The notes: generated by a model from the sequence alone, not told the origin. A DNA stretch of 33,341 nt from an uncultured Acidobacteriota bacterium (GCA_963713825.1 CAVQNG010000013.1:1-33341); one strand, 5' to 3'; shown: positions 17,872 through 27,427, counted from the stretch's first letter. Numbers and translations: made by a program.

Positions 17872-18714
17872 ATGGGTGTGACCTCGAGGCTTATCGAGTG
17901 GGTTCCTGGTCTTCCAGCGAAGGAAATGGAAGAGGCCTGGGATCGCTTCCTGAGCGAATACGCCACCCTCATCCTCCAGGTCGTCCACCTCTTCGAGCGG
18001 GACCCGGACCGGGTCGATGATTGCTTCCTTTTCGTCTGCGAGCACCTGAAGAGAGATCGCCTCAGGAGGCTCCGGCGTTTCAAGGCTGATGGCACGGCGT
18101 CGTTTCCAACATGGCTCCGCGCCGTGGTGCGCAACCTCTGCCTCGACTGGCGCCGCCAGCGATTCGGTCGCCCTCGGATCTTCCGCTCGATTGCCCGCCT
18201 GCCCGAAGTGGATCAGGAGGTCTTCCGCTGCATCTACTTTCGAAAGCTGAGTGAAAACGAGACCCTGCATACGGTCAGGGCGCTCCACCCGGCCCTGGAT
18301 CGCGAAGAGCTCGCTGCGAGCCTTGTGCGCATTCGCGCCAGCCTCAGCCCGCACCAGTCGTGGCTGTTGGCCTCGCGCAATCCCTACGTGGAATCGCTGT
18401 CTCGGAACGCGGATGTCACCAAGGGAGACGCTCGGGAAGCGGAACTGCCCGATCCCGATCCGGATCCCGAGACCGAGGCATCGGGTCGAGAGTTTCTCCG
18501 TGCCCTTCGCCGGGCCATGGACGGCCTGCCATCAAAAGAAAGGTTGCTGCTGCGGCTTCGCTTCGAGCAGGAGCTGACCCTGGAGGAGATCGCGGAGCTG
18601 ATGCAGCTGGGCAGTGCGGTCAAGGCACAAAGATTCCTACAACAGGTGCTTTCGAAGACGAGAGAGCAACTCCTGATGCAGGGAATCGAGTCCTTGTCCG
18701 TGAAAGAGAAGTAG
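17872..18714 (+). CDS. ECF-type sigma-70 factor with a long insertion between regions 2 and 4 (sigma 2)
   Basis: AWDRFLSEY, SFPTWLRAVVRNLCLDWRR (region 2); LPSKERLLLRLRFEQELTLEEIAELM (region 4); 280 aa. Confidence 0.88.
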   Translation: MGVTSRLIEWVPGLPAKEMEEAWDRFLSEYATLILQVVHLFERDPDRVDDCFLFVCEHLKRDRLRRLRRFKADGTASFPTWLRAVVRNLCLDWRRQRFGRPRIFRSIARLPEVDQEVFRCIYFRKLSENETLHTVRALHPALDREELAASLVRIRASLSPHQSWLLASRNPYVESLSRNADVTKGDAREAELPDPDPDPETEASGREFLRALRRAMDGLPSKERLLLRLRFEQELTLEEIAELMQLGSAVKAQRFLQQVLSKTREQLLMQGIESLSVKEK

Positions 18715-18740
18715 CCGGGAGCGAAGACTCCGGGCCGGGT

Positions 18741-19499
18741 ATGAGCGAAATGATCGACGAATCGGACATCACCAGGCAGATTCCCCTCGTTGCGGGCTCG
18801 GGTAGTCGAAGAGGCGCACGCTGTCCGACACCGGGGCAGCTGGCGGCCTATGCCGACACACGACTGGATGCGACCGCGCGGGCAAGAGTGGAGGAGCACC
18901 TCGCCGATTGCACCTACTGCCTGGGGCAGGTCGGGTTTCTGGTTCGCGAGTCGCGAGAGACGGAGGCAACACCGCTACCTTCGCGCCTGATCGAGACGGC
19001 TCGCGAGAGGCCCACTCGTCGGTTGAGTCTCGTGCCGGTGCCGGCGCTGGCGGCGCTGGCGGCCACAGCCCTGCTGTTGGTCGTCGGATTCGTCTGGCAG
19101 CCGGACCGTGCCCTGGCTCCCTTCAGCCCGGCTGGTCCTGGAGCGGAGCGCTCTGGTCGAGCTTCCAGGAGAGTTCCGATGGATCGCACCGTCCGCAACG
19201 GAGGGTTGGCTGCGGTGGCGCCCCGGATCCTGCTGCCGATCGATGAGGAGGTCGTCCGTCAGCTCCCCATGGAGATCCGCTGGTCGAGCTCGCCCGGAGC
19301 CCTGCAGTACTCTGTCCAGGTGCTGAGCCTCGCCGGTGATTTGGTCTGGGAGGGCTCGAGCGCCGGGGAAGCGACCGTGGTTCCGTCGGACGTCGCACTC
19401 GAGCCAGGACAGAGGTACTACGTCTGGGTGGAAGCGCGGCTTCCCTCTGGCGACACCTCAAAGTCCGATGCCGTTGCCTTTCGCGTAGCTCCCGATTGA
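18741..19499 (+). CDS. zf-HC2 anti-sigma factor with one TM helix and a C-terminal Ig-like beta domain
   Basis: CPTPGQLAAYAD..VEEHLADCTYC; TM LAALAATALLLVVGFVW; IRWSSSPGALQYSVQV..LEPGQRYYVWVEA; start re-assigned to ATG 18741. Confidence 0.88.
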   Translation: MSEMIDESDITRQIPLVAGSGSRRGARCPTPGQLAAYADTRLDATARARVEEHLADCTYCLGQVGFLVRESRETEATPLPSRLIETARERPTRRLSLVPVPALAALAATALLLVVGFVWQPDRALAPFSPAGPGAERSGRASRRVPMDRTVRNGGLAAVAPRILLPIDEEVVRQLPMEIRWSSSPGALQYSVQVLSLAGDLVWEGSSAGEATVVPSDVALEPGQRYYVWVEARLPSGDTSKSDAVAFRVAPD

Positions 19500-19526
19500 C
19501 GGGGGCCGCGTTCGATCGGGGAAGAC

Positions 19527-22469
19527 ATGATTCCCCAGTACACCGTTTGGGTGCCCGTGATTTCGCTGGTGCTGACCTTGGCGCCGGGGATCCTCGCGGC
19601 CACGGAATCCGGAACAGCCGACGAGCTCCTGGCCCAGGCCCGAGAGCTCTATGTGCAAGAGGGGCCCGCGCAGGCCTTGCCGGTCTACGAGCGGGCCCTC
19701 GACCTCTTCCGCCAGGGGCAGGACCCGCTCGGTGAGGCGATCACCCTCGGCCTGATCGGCAACTGCCACAAACGACTCGGGGACTACGAGCGAGCCGGCG
19801 AGCTCCTGGAGCAAGCGCTCGCGATGAAGCGTCAGCTCGGCGACCGCCTCGAAGAGGGCAAGACCCTGAGCCACCTGGGCCTGCTCTCCTGGGAGCTCGC
19901 CCGATACGACACGGCGATCCTGTACTTCGACGAAGCGATTGCGATCGGCCAGGAGCTGGGCGATGCGCAGCTCGAAGGCTCGGCCCTCAATAATCTGAGT
20001 CTGGTTTACGACGAGCTGGGCGACTACGAGCGTAGTCTCGAACAGTACCGCAAGGCTCTGGAGCTCTACAGCCGCACCGACTTCCCGCGCGGCGAGAGCG
20101 ACACCCTCGGCAACATCGGAGGGGTCTATTACCTCCTGGGGCGGTATCGGGAGGCCATGGACTATTACAGGAAGGCCCTGGCCATCAGCGAGCAGCTGGA
20201 GTCGAAACCCTCCATGAGCCAGGACCTCGGCAACCTGGCGCTGTGTCACCTCGGCCTGGGTGAGGTCTCCGAAGCCCTGGAGCGATTCGACCAGGCCCTG
20301 TCCCTGGCCCGCGAGGCCGGGCTCGAAAAGGAGACCGCCGATTGGCTCAAGGGCAAGGGTGACGCCTACCACGACACCGGGCGTCACAGCGAGGGCCTGG
20401 AGCTCTACCGCCAGGCTCTCGAAGCCTACGAGTCCGCCAGCCTCAAGCGGGAGCTGGTCGAGGCCCTCAACGAGCTGGCCGCCCTGCACCTGAGCCTGGG
20501 CGATCTGGCCTCGGCCGAGGCCTACCAGCGGCAGGCACTCGAGCTGGCACGCTCCATTGGGTTCACGCGAGGCGGTGTGGCGAGCCTCAGGTCCCTGGGA
20601 GAGCTGGAATGGCGCCGCGAGCGCTACGAAGAGGCTGCGACCTTCCTTCGCGAAGCCCTTTCCGGGGCAGTCGACCTCGACGACCCGAACCTGGCCGCCT
20701 CGTGTAGGACACAGCTCGTGCTCACGTTGCGGGATCAGGGAAAGCTGGAGGAGGCAGTCGACCTGGCAGGTTCGAGCGCCGAGATCGCGCGCGACCTCGA
20801 ATCCAAGTTGCATAGGGCCGAAGCGCTCTATACGTTGGGTGACCTCGAGCTGCGGACAGGCGAGCCGAGCCGGGCGCTGGAGCATTTCCAGGAAGGCTCG
20901 GTTCTGATCATAGGTCTGGGGGAGCCGGAGATCGCCTGGCAGCTGGCCCACGGTCGGGGAAGGGCGCTGGAAGCGCTCGGCCGGGACGAGGAGGCCGTCG
21001 CTGCCTATCGGCAAGCCGTACAGCTCATCGAAACCGTCCGCGAACGTCTGCGCGAAGAGCGCTTTCGCTCTGGATATCTGGAAGACAAGCACGAAGTCTA
21101 CGTCGATCTGTCCCGACTCCTGGTAAGCCTGGATCGACCCGACGAGGCGTTCTCCTACGCCGAGAAGCTGAGGGCGCGGAGCTACCTCGATCTCTTGTCC
21201 GATGCGCCGATACCGAGGCTCACCGGCGAACAGAAGCGTCGGGAGCTGGAGCTTCGCCAACGCATCCGGGGTCTGCAGCGGAGCCTGGGTGAGGAGGCTG
21301 CGTCAGAGTTCGAGCCCCGCCTACGAGCGATGGAGGCCTTCGCCGCCGAGCTCGAGCAGGCCGAGCGGGAATACGAGGACTTCCTCGCCGGCCTCCGGGA
21401 TGTGGATGCCGATCTTGCGGCCACCTGGTCGTTGTCGGTGCCCGCGGCGGAGGAGATCCGCCAGGCGCTACCGACACATACGGCCCTGGTGGAGTTCGTG
21501 GTTGGCAGGGATCAGGTCCTGGTCTTTCTGTTGTGCCGCGAGCGGTTCGAAACCCTCGTCGCACCGCTGAATCGCAAGGACCTGAGGGCCAAGGTCGAGC
21601 TGACGCGACAACTGATCCAGAAGCGCGGCGGCTCCGACTGGCGCTATCCGGCCGCCAGCCTCGCCCAGGCCCTGATCGAGCCCATGGAAGCGCGGGGGTG
21701 GCTGGAGGGGGTGCGCAACCTTTACCTGGTCCCACACGACAGCCTGCACTATCTACCCTTCGCGGTGCTACCGCGGGGGTCCGAAGGGAGACTTCTGGTC
21801 GAGGACTATCGGCTCACGTACCTGCCTTCTGCGGGAACCCTTGTGCTTGCGAAAGCGGGTGATCGACGCGAGGAAGACCTCCTGGCGATGGCACCTCAGA
21901 GCAGTCGCCTTCGCTATTCGGAGACCGAGGTGCGCGCCGTGGCCGAGGCCTTTCCGGCGAGCCACAGGGTCCTGGTCGGAGAGCAGGCCACGGAGAGCTC
22001 CTTCAAGACGCTCTCCAAGGACTTCAGGGTGCTGCACCTGGCGACCCACAGCACCTGGAATCGACTGAATCCGCTGCTCTCCGCGCTGCAGCTGGAAGCG
22101 GGCGAGGGCGAGGACGGCCGGCTCGAGGTCCACGAGATCCTCGACCTGTCGTTGGGCGCCGATCTGGTGACCCTGAGCGCCTGCGAAACCGCCCTCGGTA
22201 GCGGCTATTTCGGAGAAACGCCGGTCGGCGACGACTTCGTCGGACTGACCCGGGCCTTCCTCCATGCGGGCAGCCGCACCGTGTTGGCCAGCTTGTGGGA
22301 GGTCGATGATCGATCGACGCTGGAGCTCATGCGGAGCTTCTACCAGCACCGGGATGAGCGGGGTCCTGCCTCGGCCCTGGCCGAAGCCCAGCGTTCGAAA
22401 CTGGCGGGCCCGACCGCGGCAGACCCTTACCAGTGGGCCGCGTTCGTGGTCGTGGGGCCGTCACCATGA
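19527..22469 (+). CDS. TPR-repeat CHAT-domain protease with predicted signal peptide
   Basis: Signal peptide; about 11 TPRs; LVPHDSLHYLPF, LHLATHS (His), TLSACET (Cys), ASLWEVDD, PYQWAAF. Confidence 0.95.
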   Translation: MIPQYTVWVPVISLVLTLAPGILAATESGTADELLAQARELYVQEGPAQALPVYERALDLFRQGQDPLGEAITLGLIGNCHKRLGDYERAGELLEQALAMKRQLGDRLEEGKTLSHLGLLSWELARYDTAILYFDEAIAIGQELGDAQLEGSALNNLSLVYDELGDYERSLEQYRKALELYSRTDFPRGESDTLGNIGGVYYLLGRYREAMDYYRKALAISEQLESKPSMSQDLGNLALCHLGLGEVSEALERFDQALSLAREAGLEKETADWLKGKGDAYHDTGRHSEGLELYRQALEAYESASLKRELVEALNELAALHLSLGDLASAEAYQRQALELARSIGFTRGGVASLRSLGELEWRRERYEEAATFLREALSGAVDLDDPNLAASCRTQLVLTLRDQGKLEEAVDLAGSSAEIARDLESKLHRAEALYTLGDLELRTGEPSRALEHFQEGSVLIIGLGEPEIAWQLAHGRGRALEALGRDEEAVAAYRQAVQLIETVRERLREERFRSGYLEDKHEVYVDLSRLLVSLDRPDEAFSYAEKLRARSYLDLLSDAPIPRLTGEQKRRELELRQRIRGLQRSLGEEAASEFEPRLRAMEAFAAELEQAEREYEDFLAGLRDVDADLAATWSLSVPAAEEIRQALPTHTALVEFVVGRDQVLVFLLCRERFETLVAPLNRKDLRAKVELTRQLIQKRGGSDWRYPAASLAQALIEPMEARGWLEGVRNLYLVPHDSLHYLPFAVLPRGSEGRLLVEDYRLTYLPSAGTLVLAKAGDRREEDLLAMAPQSSRLRYSETEVRAVAEAFPASHRVLVGEQATESSFKTLSKDFRVLHLATHSTWNRLNPLLSALQLEAGEGEDGRLEVHEILDLSLGADLVTLSACETALGSGYFGETPVGDDFVGLTRAFLHAGSRTVLASLWEVDDRSTLELMRSFYQHRDERGPASALAEAQRSKLAGPTAADPYQWAAFVVVGPSP

Positions 22470-22567
22470 GGTCAGGAATGAATTTCCTCTGGCCCGTGTC
22501 CGTGCAAGAAAAGCAGGGAATGGAACTTCCATACAGAGAGGAACGCTGATCCGAAGGAGGTCACGCC

Positions 22568-24451
22568 ATGACACGGAGAGACTCGACACTCTACTTGTTC
22601 CCCAAGGCTCTACTTCTTCTGATCGGTGTGCTACTGCTGAGCTCGCCATCCTTCGCTCAGGATCCGATCCCGACCGCGGCCGACCCCTCTTCGGCCGAGC
22701 AGGAGACCTTCGATTTGGAGGTCACGGTTACCGGTGACAACTTCAGCAAGGACTCGGAAGTCCGATTCCTGCGCACCGGAACTGAAGACCCAGGGGGCAT
22801 CCATGTCAAGAACGTCAAGGCCCAGGGTCCGAAGACCCTCAAGGTCCTCATTGACGTTTCAGCGGAAGCGACGGTTGACGATTTCGACATCGAGGTCATG
22901 AGCCGCGGCCGCACCGGCAAGGGCACCGAGCTGTTCCGTGTCCTCGAGAAGAGCACCGGATCGGACTCGACTCCACCGGGCGAGATTTTCGACCTGAGGG
23001 TGGTCGATTCGACCTACTGGAGCGTCACGCTGGAGTGGACGATGCCCGCCGACGATGGCTTCGATGCAAGCAGTGGACCGGTCCAGACCTGCTATCTCAA
23101 GTGCGCACCGCCTGGTGAGCCGCTCGTGAGCTGCCGTTGTGCCGGCAGCTTCCTGGAGGATCCCTACTCCTGGGGGAATCCGTGGTCGACCCAGGTTTGT
23201 CAAGCCTACCGGGATGCCGAGTTCCCCCTGCTCCAGGACACGGAGTATGTCTTCGCGGTCGCCTGTAGGGACGAGAACATGTTCAATGTCAGTGAGTACG
23301 TCGAGGTGTCGGGCGGAAGAACGAGCTCATTCAGCGAAGTGCAGAGCACCGAGTGGAGGAGCCAGGAGGTACCCGCGGCTCTCGACGTCAGTCTCGGTCA
23401 CGCGTTCGACCTCGACGGCGACCCGCTCATCGTCGGGATCTTCAACGGCAGCACTCGGATTGTGAGGGGTACCTGGAACGGCTCTTCGTGGGCCTGGAGT
23501 CCTCCAGAGGATCTCGCCACCTCTTCCGGAGCTTTCGCGATGGATCCTTGGGGTCAGCCTGCGTTCGCTGGGGTGGAGACCGTCGGCCGCCAGCAGGAAG
23601 GCGTTATCTACACTTATTTCGACGGCTCTGGCTGGACTGCGGAGCTCGTCTCCTCCCTGGGGCGAAAGGTCCGGCCAGCAGCACTGGCCATTGCGTTCGA
23701 CCCGACCTCCGGGGAGCCGGTGATCGCTTATAGCACGGTGGGCGATCGCAGTGGCGATCAGCTCTATCTGGCCAGGCGAACTTCGAGTGACAGCTGGGAA
23801 ATCGAGGCAATCGTTGCGGGCGCGTTTCGCGACATTTCACTCGCTTTCAGCGCCGCAGGCGAGCCGGGCGTGGCCTATGGTTGGTATATCGACGAGTACT
23901 CACAGCCGGATATCATCGATGTTGCGGTAAAGCGCACGGATGGCTGGATCCACGAAACGGTGACGCCAAGCAATACCTACAACTGGGGATATTTCCAGTT
24001 GGAAAGTGGGCCGGGGTCTGACGACTTGTGGCTCGCCTCCGATTCCGGTCTCTGCGAGCGTCACTTGCCCGGGGATTGGGTCTGCGAAAGGCGAGAGTTC
24101 AACAATTGGGGCGCGCCCTGGTTTGCGGTCGATAGCGAAGGACAGGCTCTCGCTGCGACTCGGGGTGCGGCACCCAGGGAACCGGGCTTGACGCTCCTCA
24201 GCCGCGACCCGGTGAGCTTGGAGTGGTCGGTCGAGTATGTCGATCATTATCAGCAGTACGCTTGGCCGAGCGGGCCTCCAGCCTGGGATCAACTGCACCT
24301 TGGCCTGACTTCCAGTGCTTTGCCCGCAGGAACTCCGTTCCTTCCGAACTCGCCGACCCTGTCGTGGGCGTGGAATGTGTGCGCTGAATCGTATTGCGAG
24401 TCCAACTTCGCGGAATACCACCTCTACTTCGCCTGGAAGGAGACTCCCTAG
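22568..24451 (+). CDS. Secreted protein with Ig/IPT-like, fibronectin-III and beta-propeller-like regions
   Basis: Signal peptide after AGGAGG; VTVTGDNF; DSTPPGEIFDL..SVTLEWTMPADDG (Fn3); EPVIAYS..LYLARR. Confidence 0.8.
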   Translation: MTRRDSTLYLFPKALLLLIGVLLLSSPSFAQDPIPTAADPSSAEQETFDLEVTVTGDNFSKDSEVRFLRTGTEDPGGIHVKNVKAQGPKTLKVLIDVSAEATVDDFDIEVMSRGRTGKGTELFRVLEKSTGSDSTPPGEIFDLRVVDSTYWSVTLEWTMPADDGFDASSGPVQTCYLKCAPPGEPLVSCRCAGSFLEDPYSWGNPWSTQVCQAYRDAEFPLLQDTEYVFAVACRDENMFNVSEYVEVSGGRTSSFSEVQSTEWRSQEVPAALDVSLGHAFDLDGDPLIVGIFNGSTRIVRGTWNGSSWAWSPPEDLATSSGAFAMDPWGQPAFAGVETVGRQQEGVIYTYFDGSGWTAELVSSLGRKVRPAALAIAFDPTSGEPVIAYSTVGDRSGDQLYLARRTSSDSWEIEAIVAGAFRDISLAFSAAGEPGVAYGWYIDEYSQPDIIDVAVKRTDGWIHETVTPSNTYNWGYFQLESGPGSDDLWLASDSGLCERHLPGDWVCERREFNNWGAPWFAVDSEGQALAATRGAAPREPGLTLLSRDPVSLEWSVEYVDHYQQYAWPSGPPAWDQLHLGLTSSALPAGTPFLPNSPTLSWAWNVCAESYCESNFAEYHLYFAWKETP

Positions 24452-24513
24452 ACCTCCTTCATCGGCGACGCGGCAGGCAGCGGTACCAGGGTAAATCCTT
24501 CGAACAGTCACCG

Positions 24514-24545
24514 GCGCCGGGTCAGGAGACCCGGCGCTTTTCTTC
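24514..24545 (+). terminator. Intrinsic terminator
   Basis: GCGCCGGGTC-agga-GACCCGGCGC followed by TTTTCTT. Confidence 0.8.
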
Positions 24546-24672
24546 CCGAAGGTCTCACTCGCGGGAGACCTCCGAAGCCTGCAGGTCCAAACGCCCTCGA
24601 CCGAAGGTCTGATGATCCCGGCCACTCACCAGGTGATCGAAGCCTGATTGGCGAGTGGGTGAAGTCGAAGGC

Positions 24673-24734
24673 GTGTCCGTGTAGTCAGGTAGGAGATGCC
24701 CATGATGGGTTTGTTTCCGCCTCGACGAGGGCAC
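24673..24734 (+). other. Eroded remnant of the promoter/riboswitch leader
   Basis: GTGTCCGTGTAG (24673) and CGCCTCGACGAGGGCACA (24718) match parts of the repeated leader. Confidence 0.5.
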
Positions 24735-24835
24735 AAATGGTTGGCCGAAGAGTTCCACCTACGGCGCTACAGGTCGAAACTTTGTTGCCGCTGACGTGGG
24801 GATCTCGGGTCCAGCAAGACGAAAGGAGAGTTGTG

Positions 24836-26236
24836 ATGAGAGTCGCCTCGGGAAGTGCGTTTTGGTGTGTAGTGCTGAGCCTCGTTTGCACCGCCGCCTG
24901 GGCGGCGGAGCCTGCGGTCGTCTTTGTCGACGACGCGCGGGTAGGAGCCAAATCCATCATGGTGATGGATGTCGATGGTGCCAATCGCACGGAAGTCTTT
25001 CGAACCGCAAAGCGATATGGAGACGGAGCCGGTGGCCCATGGCTCAGTCCTTCGATCTCACCGGATGGCCAGTGGGTCGCCTACGTCTACGAGGAAGGTG
25101 ACGAGGGCCCGGGCTGGGCCGTCTGGAAGACGACTAGTGCGGGAAGCCCTCCGCAGATGCTGCTCTGCAGCAGTGGACCAGACGGTGTTGTGGTCCTGGA
25201 GACACCCCAGTGGTCGCCGGATGGAACCGAGATCGCCGCCGTGAGAAGAGACTTTCTCAATGGTTTTCAATCCGTCGTCATCATCCCGGCGGATGGGCTT
25301 CAGTGTGGCATCGAGCAGCCGGAGGTCGTGTACTCCTCTGCCGGGGGTGGCTTGAGCCCGGGTGTCACCTGGAGTCCCGACGGTGCAAATCTCGCCGTCC
25401 TGGAATCAGACGACAACGGTGTCGACCTTCTGACGGTCGTACCGCGTTGGGGCGGAGGAGCGCTCACCTATCAGGTCGTCTGGCCGGCGGAATTCCTCGA
25501 CGGGCTGCTGTACAGGGAGCCCCATGCCCTGGACTGGCAGCGGGCCGGCAGCCTGGTCTTCGCTCTGGACACCTATTCGGAGAGCGCCGCCGAGCGGGTC
25601 GATACGGTGTGGTTGCTCCAGGTGATGGGAACCACCGCAATCGCCACGCCGATCGGCGAAGGGCAGTCGCCGACGTGGGCCCCCGACGATTCCCAGCTTC
25701 TCTTTGCTGGTCCCCAGGGTCTCACGAGAGTCACGTTCCCTGGGGGAGGAACCGAGTTTCTCGGCTCGGGTAGCGATCCCGACTGGAAGCGTGGGGCGCT
25801 GGCTGTCTGCGGGGACGGGAGCTGCGAAGGCGCTGAAGGCCCGTGCAATTGCCCGGCTGACTGCGATGATCCACCCTCCACCGAGACGTCATGCACGGAC
25901 TTTGCCGACAACGACTGCGACACGTTCGTCGACTGCGACGACACCGACTGCTCGGTCGACCCGGTCTGTGCGGTGCCCTACTGTGGCGACGGGTTCTGTG
26001 ACGAGGACGAGAGCTCATGCACTTGTGCCGAAGATTGTGGAGCGCCGCTCACGGTAGAGTCCGACTGCAGTGACGGTCTGGACAACGACTGCGACGATGC
26101 GATCGACTGTGATGACCTGGACTGCAGCGATGACGAGAGCTGCGCTTCCGGCGGCGGCAATCCCGGAGATCCCTGCACCAGCGGTGCCGATTGTCTCTCC
26201 GGCCTCTGCCATCCGGTGAAGCACACCTGCAAATAG
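24836..26236 (+). CDS. Secreted TolB/PD40-like protein with Cys/Asp-rich repeats; paralog of 5623-7041
   Basis: ATG 24836 after AAAGGAG; signal peptide; ISPDGQWVAY, WSPDG, LDWQR; CGDGxC and DNDCD repeats; ends CLSGLCHPVKHTCK. Confidence 0.85.
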   Translation: MRVASGSAFWCVVLSLVCTAAWAAEPAVVFVDDARVGAKSIMVMDVDGANRTEVFRTAKRYGDGAGGPWLSPSISPDGQWVAYVYEEGDEGPGWAVWKTTSAGSPPQMLLCSSGPDGVVVLETPQWSPDGTEIAAVRRDFLNGFQSVVIIPADGLQCGIEQPEVVYSSAGGGLSPGVTWSPDGANLAVLESDDNGVDLLTVVPRWGGGALTYQVVWPAEFLDGLLYREPHALDWQRAGSLVFALDTYSESAAERVDTVWLLQVMGTTAIATPIGEGQSPTWAPDDSQLLFAGPQGLTRVTFPGGGTEFLGSGSDPDWKRGALAVCGDGSCEGAEGPCNCPADCDDPPSTETSCTDFADNDCDTFVDCDDTDCSVDPVCAVPYCGDGFCDEDESSCTCAEDCGAPLTVESDCSDGLDNDCDDAIDCDDLDCSDDESCASGGGNPGDPCTSGADCLSGLCHPVKHTCK

Positions 26237-26261
26237 TCGCGCCGGGTCAGCGGTAGCCGAT

Positions 26262-26290
26262 GGGCCGGGCCTCGCGCCCGGCCTATTATT
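26262..26290 (+). terminator. Terminator-like hairpin, possibly bidirectional
   Basis: GGGCCGGGCCTCGCGCCCGGCC is identical to the 7064 hairpin and lies between convergent genes. Confidence 0.7.
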
Positions 26291-26395
26291 GTCCAGCCAG
26301 AATCATTGGATAGTGACCCTTGAGCACGGTTGGTGGAGGGACTGTAGTCCCTTGGACCGCTGCGGAGGAGTTGGGTAACAGCGAGGCTTGCCCGG

Positions 26396-27427
26396 CTACT
26401 CGGTCGAGTAGAAACCCAGCCAATTTTGGAGACGCCGGTCGAGCTCTGCGGCCTTGACGCCGAGGTGCTTCTCCAGGAGCTCGGGAGTGGCGGCGGCACC
26501 GTCGGCGAGCTCGGCGAGAAAGGTGCGAAATCGCGGCCCGAGCTCGGGGTCGAGGAGGAGGTAGCGGACCAGGAGAGTGCTCTGCTCGTAGTCGTAGGAG
26601 TTGGGAGCGCTGTCGAATTCTTCGGGTCTTGCAGAAACGAGGCGCTCGACACTGCCGACGGCGCCGGTCTCGTAGCCGAGTCGGAGGCGCTTCGCCTGCC
26701 CTTCGGCACCCACGAGCCCTCCTAATGGCTGAATCGCCTCGGGAGTGGCGGTGTCGCCCAGCGCATCGGCCAGGCCTTCCGAGAGCCAGCGGGGAAGATT
26801 GCCTCCAAGGGTCCTTCGATTCACCAAGTGGGTGAGTTCGTGAACGAGAGTCTTGGCGAAGTCTTCCGGTCGAGTCGGGTCGGCCCAGATCGCCGTGTAG
26901 CCCCGGCTCGGGCTCGAATGGGCGGCATAGCCGGACGCATTCATTCCCTGCTGGCGCGCGAAGCTTTCGTAGTCGACACGCTCGGCGAACAGAAGGATGG
27001 TCTCGACTGGCTCGCCCAAGGGAGTCACTCCCAGGCGCTCCACGTAGGTGTCGTCGAGCTCGGCAGCCAAATGGTCGCAGCTCTCCAGCAAGAGAGGGTC
27101 GGTAGCATCACCGAGCCGAGGGTAGGCACCACAAGTGCCTTCACGGCCACCTCCATCGAGGTGAGCGTGCGCCTCTTCCAGCAGCTCGGCGGAGGCCGGA
27201 ACCCCGGGCCGCGGCTCCGGCCGCGACGAGACGACGGTGAATCCGGTCGAGGTCTCGGGATCGATGGTTCCGGACTGATGTCGGCTGACGGAGTTCGATG
27301 CGCCGTCTTGATGTGTAGCCTCCCCAGGTTCAGAAGGTTTCTCCGGTCGGCTCCTGGCAGCCCAGACCCAGAGCAGGGCGGCGAGCAAAAGCAGAACCAG
27401 CAGGAGTCGAACGAGGGGGCGAGTCAT
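26396..27427 (-). CDS. Membrane-anchored or secreted zinc metallopeptidase (gluzincin, peptidase MA/DUF1570-like)
   Basis: N-terminal hydrophobic helix; TLVHELTH (HExxH) followed by PRWLSEGLA. Confidence 0.8.
   Translation of the reverse strand: MTRPLVRLLLVLLLLAALLWVWAARSRPEKPSEPGEATHQDGASNSVSRHQSGTIDPETSTGFTVVSSRPEPRPGVPASAELLEEAHAHLDGGGREGTCGAYPRLGDATDPLLLESCDHLAAELDDTYVERLGVTPLGEPVETILLFAERVDYESFARQQGMNASGYAAHSSPSRGYTAIWADPTRPEDFAKTLVHELTHLVNRRTLGGNLPRWLSEGLADALGDTATPEAIQPLGGLVGAEGQAKRLRLGYETGAVGSVERLVSARPEEFDSAPNSYDYEQSTLLVRYLLLDPELGPRFRTFLAELADGAAATPELLEKHLGVKAAELDRRLQNWLGFYSTE

Noticed and set aside
18360-18740. Long N-terminal extensions in the ORF track (also the 24659, 27426 and 30594 starts)
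   Set aside because: They overlap neighbouring genes or regulatory DNA; downstream starts fit better with RBS, signal peptide or gene-boundary evidence
19458-21260. Long antisense ORFs (also 6163-7017, 28924-30438, 7266-8051)
   Set aside because: Shadow frames of well-supported genes in GC-rich DNA, with no recognisable motifs
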